Assembly (NCBI GenBank): GCA_913009895.1
Contig: CAJVXY010000013.1
Location: 42-64,041, forward strand
Direction of reading: 5' to 3'
DNA from: an uncultured Acidiferrobacteraceae bacterium
GTDB taxonomy: Bacteria > Pseudomonadota > Gammaproteobacteria > Acidiferrobacterales > SZUA-150
Length of the DNA stretch: 64,000 nucleotides
Each line of letters opens with the position of its first letter. Position 1 is the stretch's first letter. Of the stretch, positions 18,266 through 26,300 are shown piece after piece. The notes below the pieces were generated by a model that was not told the DNA's origin, searched no databases, and saw only the letters and a list, made by a program, of their open reading frames with translations. The position numbers and the translations under genes are program-made.

Positions 18266-19585
18266 TTATCCTGCAGCGGCTTCGGCTTTACGCTTGTTCC
18301 ACTTTTCGGCTTCGAGATCCCAGTCATCCATGCGCACATAAGAACCGGCACGAGGGGCGGTGATCATGTTTGGATCGACATCAATACCAATGCCTTCCAG
18401 GAAATTCACAAGACCGATACGTTCAATCATTTCACCGGTTCGTTCATGTTCCAGGGCATTTTCGGCAAAGAAATCGATGGTATCTTCAGCAATTCCTACC
18501 AGGCGATCATATTCTTCGTCGGTTTCAAGCTTCATGAAAGGAATAATGACAGTACCCATGGTGTCACCAATTTTCAGCGTACGTTTGCCGCCGATTAATA
18601 ATGTTATGCCATGGTCATCGCCCGGTGATAACGCTTTGGTCATGACGTTGATGCAATGCATACAACGAACACAGTTACGGTTATCAACTGCGAGTGTGTT
18701 GTCATCATTAAGTGAAAGGGCGTTGGTGGGGCAACGACTGATGACATTATCAACCATGTATTTCTGCCCTTTGGCTTCAACAAATTTTTTCACTTCATCC
18801 TGATCAACTTTCATATCATCGCGCCAGGTGCCAATGACCGCAAAGTCTGAACGATGGATAGAGTTCATGCAGTCATTGGGACAACCAGAAACCTTGAATT
18901 TGAACTTGTATGGCAGTGCAGGGCGATGCATGTCATCCATAAAGTTGTTCACCAACAAACGGTGAATCTTGTGCTCGTTCGCACAAGACTGTTCGCATCG
19001 GGCGGCGCCAATACAGGACATGCCGGTTCGAACACAAGGTCCGGCACCACCAAGATCCCAGCCGTATTCATTGATTTCATCAAAGAAATGCTGCGTATTT
19101 TCAGATGTGGTGCCAATAAACATGATGTTGCCTGTCTGGCCATGGAAAGCAATCAAGCCTGAACCGTATTTATCCCAGCTGCTTGATAATTTACGCAACA
19201 TATCAGTTGTGTAGTGGTTAGCGGGTGGAGGTTGTACACGCAAGGTATGAAATTCTTTTGCCGCTGGAAACATAGGTGAGCCCTTTGAATCCATCAGTTC
19301 GGTAAAACGGGGGATGATGCCGCCGCCATAACCGAAAACAGAAACAGTGCCACCTTTCCAGTAGCCCAGTCTTGTCTTGTAAGAGTGCTCAAGCTGACCA
19401 AGGAGATCGACCATCATGTCGCTTTCCAGCGCCAATCGTTTCAGGCCGGTGACAAAACTTGGCCATGGACCACTTTCGAGTTGATCCAGCATCGGTGTAT
19501 CGTGAAATGGCTTGTCAGAATTCTTCTGATCAAGCGGAAGATAGGTGCTATGTACTTTTGGATTCTTGGGCTTTTTGTCTGCCAT
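18266..19585 (-). CDS. dsrA: reverse-type dissimilatory sulfite reductase alpha subunit
   Basis: PMLDQLESGPWPSFVTGLK near the N-terminus, plus CPNDC and CVRCMHCINV cluster motifs. I placed the start at the Met preceded by AGGAGA 8 nt upstream (19585); the ORF could extend to 19624. Confidence 0.95.
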   Translation of the reverse strand: MADKKPKNPKVHSTYLPLDQKNSDKPFHDTPMLDQLESGPWPSFVTGLKRLALESDMMVDLLGQLEHSYKTRLGYWKGGTVSVFGYGGGIIPRFTELMDSKGSPMFPAAKEFHTLRVQPPPANHYTTDMLRKLSSSWDKYGSGLIAFHGQTGNIMFIGTTSENTQHFFDEINEYGWDLGGAGPCVRTGMSCIGAARCEQSCANEHKIHRLLVNNFMDDMHRPALPYKFKFKVSGCPNDCMNSIHRSDFAVIGTWRDDMKVDQDEVKKFVEAKGQKYMVDNVISRCPTNALSLNDDNTLAVDNRNCVRCMHCINVMTKALSPGDDHGITLLIGGKRTLKIGDTMGTVIIPFMKLETDEEYDRLVGIAEDTIDFFAENALEHERTGEMIERIGLVNFLEGIGIDVDPNMITAPRAGSYVRMDDWDLEAEKWNKRKAEAAAG

Positions 19586-19782
19586 TAATATGTCTCCTAA
19601 ACGTGCCATTAATGCTTTATGCATTAACGATTGGGTTCCGTTTGACTCCGTATACCAAATCTAGGGGCGCTCATTATTCAGATTTCTCCACATACTTGCA
19701 ATGGCTATTTCAAAAATAAACAAACGCACCAGTAAAGTTCCGGAACGAATTCTATGTCTTGAGCAGGTATCGAAAAACCGGT

Positions 19783-19821
19783 CTTTGGGGGGAGGTAAAA
19801 TTAACTTATCCCCCCCCAAAG
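19783..19821. promoter_or_regulatory. perfect 10-bp G/C-run hairpin in the dsrA / divergent-operon control region
   Basis: CTTTGGGGGG (19783-19792) pairs with CCCCCCAAAG (19812-19821) across a 19-nt AT-rich loop. On the minus strand it is followed by ACCGGTTTTT. It lies about 200 nt upstream of the dsrA start. Confidence 0.4.
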
Positions 19822-20110
19822 TGGATATAAGAAATGTTGAGTATTTGTATAATTTTAAAAGAAAATATAACAATTTTTCTTTAAAAACAGTAAGTAATGT
19901 ACTCTTTATAATGTTTTATCTAGGTATATTTTTAATCGATAAGAACATAAATTTTGAATGGAGAATGGTGTGTTAATAGTCTTTTTTTAAGCGCAGGATT
20001 GTTCTACATTGCCGCCACAGAATAAATCTTCACTTATCTTTGAAAAAGTGTCGATCTTGAACTTCAAGTTGTATCACATTTAATTGCACTAAGTTAGATA
20101 GAAACTATAC

Positions 20111-21028
20111 ATGACTAAAGCCAATATTAACCCTGAGCCAAGCCAGAATCCCTTTGCCTTGGGCAATCAGGAGGTTTATTTGCGCTGGCAAGAGCAGAAG
20201 CTGGCCGCTTATCCTGAATTGGCAGGCCAGCTCATTGTAGAGGTAAGGGACCCCAGGGCCCTCTCCCGAGCAGAAAAGCAGAAAATTACCGAGTTATGTC
20301 AAAAGACCAATATGGCTATTTACCAGTCAGAGGTGAAGGATGCGGACAAGGATGTACCCAGGTTACTGGGCAGGCAAATGGGCCTGACTAATCTTGATCC
20401 TAACATGCTGGCCGATGAGGACGGAATTACTTCCCTCGAATTGATGCCGGCCAAACATGAGCGGGGCTATATCCCTTATTCAAACAGGCGGTTATTGTGG
20501 CATACGGATGGGTACTACAACGATTCCAGCCATCGAATTGCGGCCATGTTGTTACATTGTGTGCGTCCGGCACTTTCAGGTGGTGAAAACAGCCTGCTTG
20601 ATCACGAAATGGTCTATTTATTGTTACGCGAACAGGATCCAATGTATATCAAGGCGTTAATGGATCCTGAGGCCATGACTATCCCCGCCAATCTTGAGGC
20701 TGGTGAAGTTGAGCGTCCTGCCCAATCGGGGCCAGTATTCAGTACCAATGAACAGGGCTCATTAAGTATGCGTTATACGACCCGAGTTCGCAGCATAATC
20801 TGGAAGGACAATATTGCCACTAAATCAGCCGTTGAAGCCCTGGCAAATATTTTAGACAGTGATTGTAAGTACATATTTCATCACCGTCTCGAGGCAGGAC
20901 AGGGTATTATTTGCAACAATGTGCTCCACAACAGGACCAGCTTTAAAAATGGTGAATCAACTGCAACCCAAAGACTGATTTACCGGGCAAGGTACTATGA
21001 CCGCATAAACAGTGGCACTGATAAATGA
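20111..21028 (+). CDS. TauD/TfdA-family Fe(II)/2-oxoglutarate dioxygenase
   Basis: 305 aa. LLWHTDGYY gives the HxD iron ligands. The distal VLHNRTSF supplies His and Arg. Overall length and layout fit the family. Confidence 0.7.
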   Translation: MTKANINPEPSQNPFALGNQEVYLRWQEQKLAAYPELAGQLIVEVRDPRALSRAEKQKITELCQKTNMAIYQSEVKDADKDVPRLLGRQMGLTNLDPNMLADEDGITSLELMPAKHERGYIPYSNRRLLWHTDGYYNDSSHRIAAMLLHCVRPALSGGENSLLDHEMVYLLLREQDPMYIKALMDPEAMTIPANLEAGEVERPAQSGPVFSTNEQGSLSMRYTTRVRSIIWKDNIATKSAVEALANILDSDCKYIFHHRLEAGQGIICNNVLHNRTSFKNGESTATQRLIYRARYYDRINSGTDK

Positions 21029-21062
21029 AAGAATCAGACGAATTGAAAGACGGGAGTTAGGT

Positions 21063-21260
21063 ATGCTTAATTTAAGTGAAATAATGATGGAGCATCATGA
21101 GCTCGAAACATTTGAAGCGCTCATTGAAACTGTAAAAAGCAAAGCCGGGCAAGACATGTTCTTTCGCATTGATATTAAGCCAACCTATCCAGACACACCT
21201 GCCAACTGGGAGGACCAGCTGGAGGGGGCATTTTCTGGTGTCAATTCCGTTACCAGGTAA
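21063..21260 (+). CDS. small hypothetical protein (65 aa)
   Basis: ATG preceded by GGGAG about 8 nt upstream. Lies 34 nt after the dioxygenase gene. Acidic, with no recognisable motif. The ORF-track start at 21012 overlaps the upstream gene. Confidence 0.4.
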   Translation: MLNLSEIMMEHHELETFEALIETVKSKAGQDMFFRIDIKPTYPDTPANWEDQLEGAFSGVNSVTR

Positions 21261-21309
21261 CTTTTAAAATCAAAAGATAACGACACAGTATTAATTAAGA
21301 GAATTCAAG

Positions 21310-22017
21310 ATGAAATATTTAAAAGAAGATGTGGGCATGAATGACGCTGACAGTATTGATGACGCTGCAATATCAACTGTTCGCCTGGAACAACAAATGG
21401 AGGCACTAGAAGACAGACTCCGTGAATTACCTGCAGATAGTGGTCCGGTAGAACGTGCCGACCTGGAACTCAATATCGCAGCCACCCTGGTGGATCTTGA
21501 TCGATCAGCGGAAGGTTTTGCCAAGGCCAGGGCTTGTCTTGATGTTTTTTTACAAACAGAAGACTGGGAGCTGGCAGCCCAGGCCTGTGACGTCATGTTC
21601 AATGCGGACCAGGAGGATTCCCTTGCAGCATTGGGCCAGGGTATTTGGCTGGCGGTCACTTATCCTGTTGACCCGGAGTTAACGGTTGCCATTTTACAGC
21701 ATGTCATTGACGAAACACCGGATGATTCTGATGGCGGGGCATTGGCTGCTGCCACAGCGCGATATATTGTTGATATGCGTGCCGAGGGCAAGCAAAAGGA
21801 CAACCTTGTTTTTTTTGCGAACAATCTACTGGGCACTGTGGCACGACGCCATAGCAATATTGAAAACCAGGCTGACTTCCAGGCATGGATCGAAAAACTG
21901 GAATTGAATGATCCAGATAAATTTCTGATTAGGTTGCGAAATGTGGTTGATGTGCTGGTCCAGGAGAACTGGTGGTTTGATCGCGATGCACTGCGCGAAC
22001 GATTACCGTTAAATTAA
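21310..22017 (+). CDS. acidic hypothetical protein (235 aa)
   Basis: Long ORF with normal composition in an operon context. No motif I can assign. Confidence 0.6.
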   Translation: MKYLKEDVGMNDADSIDDAAISTVRLEQQMEALEDRLRELPADSGPVERADLELNIAATLVDLDRSAEGFAKARACLDVFLQTEDWELAAQACDVMFNADQEDSLAALGQGIWLAVTYPVDPELTVAILQHVIDETPDDSDGGALAAATARYIVDMRAEGKQKDNLVFFANNLLGTVARRHSNIENQADFQAWIEKLELNDPDKFLIRLRNVVDVLVQENWWFDRDALRERLPLN

Positions 22018-22036
22018 CTTATCTAATCTTATTGAT

Positions 22037-22720
22037 ATGTACTGGCAAGAAGAAAACAAAAGGGATGTTGCAATATCTGATGAGGTCCAGGACCTGGTTT
22101 ACAAGATCAGGTGCACCTCGTTACCAGTTGATCATGCCTTTGCGTTAGCCGAAGAAATTATTTCTTTCTTGCCCTGGATGGCCACGGAAACAGGGGCCGG
22201 TATTCATTCAATTCATGTGGCGGATTCAGGCAACGGCTGGATGCGGCCTGAAAATCCCGATGAACTATTACATCTTTCAAGACGCACAAAACTGATTCTG
22301 AGGGTGCCAAAAAATCGCCTGGAATCGGCATTGTCCCTGGTTGATGAGACCCTGGATATTGCCGGCAATAAAATGATCATAGAGTCTGTAGAACAGCGGC
22401 CATTAAGTAAAATAACAACCTTATTCTGTCGTTATCTTGTTTTTTCCGAGCAGCAGGAAGCAGAAAATATATTTCTCGATAAGGCCATGCAGGCCCTGCA
22501 AGAGATAAATGTCATCCCAAAAAAATTGTTACCCGGACTGGAAAAGACTATCCAAAAACCCGGGAAAATGATAAAAACTCGCAGCTTGATGATTGCAGGC
22601 ATATCCGCGGAGGAGTCCTTTAAATTACAGCAAAAAGGGCTTGGTATGCACCATCATTTAGGTTGTGGCATTTTTATACCACACAAGGATATTGAAGAGA
22701 TCGGCAAAACACCAGAGTGA
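22037..22720 (+). CDS. Cas6/Cmx6-like (RAMP-fold) protein, orphan (no CRISPR array)
   Basis: 227 aa. The N-terminus (LVYKIRCTSLPVDHAFALAEEI) and the C-terminal glycine-rich loop QQKGLGMHHHLGCGIFIPHK resemble what I recall of the subtype I-MYXAN Cas6 (Cmx6) family. This needs HMM confirmation. Confidence 0.45.
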   Translation: MYWQEENKRDVAISDEVQDLVYKIRCTSLPVDHAFALAEEIISFLPWMATETGAGIHSIHVADSGNGWMRPENPDELLHLSRRTKLILRVPKNRLESALSLVDETLDIAGNKMIIESVEQRPLSKITTLFCRYLVFSEQQEAENIFLDKAMQALQEINVIPKKLLPGLEKTIQKPGKMIKTRSLMIAGISAEESFKLQQKGLGMHHHLGCGIFIPHKDIEEIGKTPE

Positions 22721-22770
22721 TGCTGGTGTTATGACCGACAATTAATTATTTAACCTATGGGGAATACATC

Positions 22771-23109
22771 ATGGCTTTTGAAGTAGACGGTAAAGAAATT
22801 GAAACAACAGCAAGTGGTTTTTTGGTCAATATCGATGACTGGAGTGAAGATCTGGCAAAAGTTATATCCGATGATGAAGGTGTTGAATTGACAGAAAAAC
22901 ACTGGGACTTGATTAAGTACTTGCGTGATGAGTTTGTTAACAATAATGGCAACCAGCCAAATACCAGAAAAATTGTCAAAGCGATGGGCCAAAAATGGGG
23001 CGAAAGCATCGACACAAAAAAACTCTATGAATTATTCCCTCGTGATCCTTCCAAACAAGCTGGCAGAATAGGCGGCCTGCCTGAATCACGAAGAAAGGGC
23101 GGATACTAA
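22771..23109 (+). CDS. TusE/DsrC-family protein lacking both C-terminal cysteines
   Basis: 112 aa, aligns by eye with the dsrC in this window (HWDLIKYLRDEF / HWEVIKFLREYY; LYELFP in both). The tail is QAGRIGGLPESRRKGGY rather than QACKYAGLPKPTGCV. The protein contains no cysteine. Confidence 0.85.
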   Translation: MAFEVDGKEIETTASGFLVNIDDWSEDLAKVISDDEGVELTEKHWDLIKYLRDEFVNNNGNQPNTRKIVKAMGQKWGESIDTKKLYELFPRDPSKQAGRIGGLPESRRKGGY

Positions 23110-23126
23110 GACCGGTACTTTTCTCG

Positions 23127-23975
23127 ATGTCGTTTACTACCCTGGTGACCACTGCCGAAGTCGCGGCACATCTTGATGATCCTGATTGGGTAATTTTTGA
23201 TTGTCGCTTTACCCTGACAGACGCGACTGTGGGCAGAAAGGCATACCATGAAGGTCATATTCCAGGCGCGATTTATGCGCACCTGGATGATGATCTTGCC
23301 GCACCAGTTAATGCAATCAGTGGCCGTCATCCCTTGCCGGATGCAGATGTTTTATCTGCCAAGCTGGGCACATGGGGTGTGGACAAGAATACGCAAATTG
23401 TTGTTTATGATGACGCGTTTGGCGCCATGGCCTGCAGGATGTGGTGGTTGTTGCGATGGTTGGGTCATGACCACGTAGCGTTACTGGACGGCGTCTATCC
23501 CAAGTGGTGCCGGGAAAAAAGACCAACGGATAACCTGCCTGAAAAACCCGTCGCCAGGAAGTTCGTGGCCAATGTACAAGCTGATATGGTAGTTGATGCT
23601 GATGCTGTAATTACCCATCTGGCAAATGAATCAGGCCCCCTGGTTGATGCCAGGCCGGATGTTCGTTTTTCAGGAGAGGTCGAGCCAATTGATAAAGTAG
23701 CTGGCCATATACCGGGGGCCACCAATCGCCCATTTGACGATAACCTGAATATTGGTGGAGACTTTCTGCCGATTGCAGAACTAAAGGAAGAATTTTCCCC
23801 TTTCCTGACGATCAAAAATCCCGCTCAAATTATACATATGTGCGGTTCAGGCGTGACCGCATGTCATAACATTCTGGCAATGGAACATATTGGTATTAAA
23901 GGCACGAGATTATATGTGGGCAGCTGGAGTCAGTGGATCACTGACCCGGACCGCAAGATAACGGCAGGGGAATGA
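23127..23975 (+). CDS. sseA: tandem-rhodanese sulfurtransferase, 3-mercaptopyruvate sulfurtransferase type
   Basis: 282 aa with two rhodanese domains. Active-site loop CGSGVTA, which is the MST-type loop. Confidence 0.8.
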   Translation: MSFTTLVTTAEVAAHLDDPDWVIFDCRFTLTDATVGRKAYHEGHIPGAIYAHLDDDLAAPVNAISGRHPLPDADVLSAKLGTWGVDKNTQIVVYDDAFGAMACRMWWLLRWLGHDHVALLDGVYPKWCREKRPTDNLPEKPVARKFVANVQADMVVDADAVITHLANESGPLVDARPDVRFSGEVEPIDKVAGHIPGATNRPFDDNLNIGGDFLPIAELKEEFSPFLTIKNPAQIIHMCGSGVTACHNILAMEHIGIKGTRLYVGSWSQWITDPDRKITAGE

Positions 23976-24039
23976 CCAGGGAATAGAAAAAAATTACAGT
24001 AGCTAACAACCAGTAACCGGATTAACCAGACGGCAGCGA

Positions 24040-24780
24040 CTACTTTGGTTTCGGAACATCGAACTTGTATTGTTTATCTTTATATTTAAATCCAACTGGT
24101 TGTGCTTTATCAGTTTCCCATGTATGTAAAAGCAAGCCCGCTTTATCGAATACGGTTATTTGGGTGCGAGGTTGGCCGTCACGGACCAGCGAAGAAAGAA
24201 TCCAGAATACTATGCCATCGTCCGATGAGCCAAATTTGAAAGCATTTGGTGCGTGGGGCAGTTCAGCTACCAGCCTGCCATTTTTATCCAGTAAAATACT
24301 TTTATCCAGGTTGTAATTTTTGGCGCGCTGGCCAAGCAATATTCGATCACTCGGCGTAGCAATAATTACTTCGCCCCTGAATTCCGTTTCTTTATTTATA
24401 AGAATACCGCTGTAGTCGTAAATACGAATTTCACTACGGCTGCCTTCGAAAAAGGACATAAATTTAATAACAGCAACTCTTTGCCATTTATTAATTTTTA
24501 CAACGTTTTCCCTATAATAGATTGGCTCTTGTTTGCGGTAAGCATCCAGTGGTTTTTCGTGCAGTTGCCGGCGTTTGTAATATTCAATGACTCTGCCACC
24601 AACGAAATTTATTGTTCCCTCATCAACTAATGGCAATGACTCGTCCTTGTCCATGGTAGGGCCAAGCTTTTCCTCCAGGTCAGTTTTACTTTGTTGCGAT
24701 GCAACAGGACTTTCTGTCGCAGAAATTGCGACAGGAATGGTGAGTAAAAATAGCAGTGGTAAAAAGTGCTTGAAACTCAT
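24040..24780 (-). CDS. secreted hypothetical protein
   Basis: The internal Met gives MSFKHFLPLLFLLTIPVAISA, a signal peptide. The longer ORF (to 24879) would overlap msrB. No recognisable domain. Confidence 0.55.
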   Translation of the reverse strand: MSFKHFLPLLFLLTIPVAISATESPVASQQSKTDLEEKLGPTMDKDESLPLVDEGTINFVGGRVIEYYKRRQLHEKPLDAYRKQEPIYYRENVVKINKWQRVAVIKFMSFFEGSRSEIRIYDYSGILINKETEFRGEVIIATPSDRILLGQRAKNYNLDKSILLDKNGRLVAELPHAPNAFKFGSSDDGIVFWILSSLVRDGQPRTQITVFDKAGLLLHTWETDKAQPVGFKYKDKQYKFDVPKPK

Positions 24781-24796
24781 TTGGGCACAATATTCC

Positions 24797-25228
24797 TTAT
24801 TCTTTTGCAATAAAATCCAGTGATGCCGAGTTAATACAATATCGAAGGCCCGTAGGCTCAGGCCCATCTTCAAATACATGGCCCAAATGACCGTGACATA
24901 ACGAACAGATCACTTCTTTTCGCATCATTCCGTGGCTCTCATCTATTACTTCGGAGACACTCTCAGTTTTAGCAGGTTGCCAGTAACTTGGCCAGCCTGT
25001 TTCAGAGTCAAATTTATTGTCAGATAAAAATAGCGCCTGACCGCAGCATTTACAGGTGTAGGTGCCTTCATCTTTCTGGTCCCAATATTCGCCCGTAAAA
25101 GCTCTTTCTGTGCCATGGCAACGAGTAATAGTATAGTCATCGGGGCTTAGCTGTGATCGCCACTCGTCGTCCGTTTTGAATATGGCTGGTTTTGTTTTTT
25201 TTGCCGACAAAGCTAAACCTCGCTCCAC
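24797..25228 (-). CDS. msrB: peptide-methionine (R)-S-oxide reductase
   Basis: Two CxxC zinc motifs (CKCCG, CSLCHG), GHLGHVF, and catalytic RYCINS. Confidence 0.9.
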   Translation of the reverse strand: MERGLALSAKKTKPAIFKTDDEWRSQLSPDDYTITRCHGTERAFTGEYWDQKDEGTYTCKCCGQALFLSDNKFDSETGWPSYWQPAKTESVSEVIDESHGMMRKEVICSLCHGHLGHVFEDGPEPTGLRYCINSASLDFIAKE

Positions 25229-25887
25229 ATGCGAACAAGATTGGTATAGGTATGATCAATTTGTGCCGTTTCTTCTGCGCCTGGTGCCTGGGCCAGCATT
25301 TTTTCACGGGCGAGACTCAGCTCATACAAGAGTTCTCTTTTAGCCGGATCACGTACCAGGCTTTGTATCCACAAGACCGCAACAAGCCGCTGTCCTTTGG
25401 TTACTTCGCTGACATGGTGCAGACTGGAAGCTGGATAACAAACTGCATCACCAGCAGATAGTTTAGTGCTGGTTTGACCAAAGCTTGTATTGACAACCAG
25501 CTCGCCACCTTCATAGTCATCAGGTTCAGAGAGAAAGATCGTGACTGCAACATCCGTTCGATAACGTTCCGGCCAGTTTCCGGTTACCGGATCATCGATA
25601 TGGTCACCATAAGACATACCTTTTTCATACTTGGCAAAGAATGGCTGGGAAACTTTATGAGGTAAGGTAGCATTACGGAATATAATGTTCTGACTTAACG
25701 AGCTCACCACCAAATCATCGAGATAAGCAGCTTGTTGGGAATTTTGATCAAGCTCAAGATTTGTTTTGACTTTTTTAGCGGCACTGCCAGCTGATAATTT
25801 GCCATCTACAAAACTGGCTTGTGACAAGACTTTAGAAATATTTTTTAGTTTTCCCTGATCAAGAATATTGGGTATTATAATATACAT
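25213..25887 (-). CDS. PKHD-type Fe(II)/2OG hydroxylase (YbiX/PiuC family)
   Basis: 224 aa, colinear with E. coli YbiX as I recall it: YGDHIDD (HxD), [26 protein letters not shown]. Overlaps msrB by 16 nt. Confidence 0.85.
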   Translation of the reverse strand: MYIIIPNILDQGKLKNISKVLSQASFVDGKLSAGSAAKKVKTNLELDQNSQQAAYLDDLVVSSLSQNIIFRNATLPHKVSQPFFAKYEKGMSYGDHIDDPVTGNWPERYRTDVAVTIFLSEPDDYEGGELVVNTSFGQTSTKLSAGDAVCYPASSLHHVSEVTKGQRLVAVLWIQSLVRDPAKRELLYELSLAREKMLAQAPGAEETAQIDHTYTNLVRMWSEV

Positions 25888-25895
25888 TCTATTAA

Positions 25896-26249
25896 TTATT
25901 TCTTCGATTCGGTTTGCGTAAATTCTGTTTGTGTAAATTCAGTTCCGAGGGGTTCACCAGACGTGTCAATATTTACACCTGTCACATTTGGCATGCGTGT
26001 CAAAATATAACCTGCCATTAGCATTAATAAATTTTCATTCTGTGTATCAACGGCCTGGAGAATTTTTTCAGAAGCAATTTGACAGCGGTTGATCAGCGTG
26101 GGTTGTTCAATAAATTCTGGCCCCATTTGCCAGCCTCGATCCATGTCCCGATCCATTTTTTCAAAAAAAGGCTCACCATTTGTGAATATGTCTTCAGGAA
26201 TTTCAAGTTCCCTGGTTTTGTCTTCAATTGTTATTTTTAGTTTCATCAA
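25896..26249 (-). CDS. hypothetical protein (117 aa)
   Basis: ORF 8 nt upstream of the hydroxylase gene on the same strand. The C-terminus carries a TEFTQTEFTQ tandem repeat. No known motif. Confidence 0.5.
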   Translation of the reverse strand: MMKLKITIEDKTRELEIPEDIFTNGEPFFEKMDRDMDRGWQMGPEFIEQPTLINRCQIASEKILQAVDTQNENLLMLMAGYILTRMPNVTGVNIDTSGEPLGTEFTQTEFTQTESKK

Positions 26250-26300
26250 AATTTATCCGGACTAATTAAACGTGTGCATCGGCTATAAATACAATTACGA

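Noticed and set aside
19661-19976. Two small ORFs (70 aa minus strand, 91 aa plus strand) in the dsrA upstream region.
   Set aside because: They lie in extremely AT-rich DNA and give Lys/Asn/Ile/Phe-rich low-complexity translations that overlap each other on opposite strands. They are more plausibly promoter or leader DNA.
22037-22720. Possibility of a CRISPR-Cas locus, because of the Cas6-like gene.
   Set aside because: I scanned the window for regularly spaced direct repeats and for cas1, cas2, cas3 or cas7-like ORFs and found none. The gene is therefore reported only as an orphan Cas6-like protein.
25912-25941. 15-nt tandem duplication (gtttgYgtaaattcN x2) encoding TEFTQTEFTQ at the end of the 117-aa ORF.
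   Set aside because: There are only two copies, in frame, at a protein terminus. This is probably a trivial slippage duplication with no evident function.
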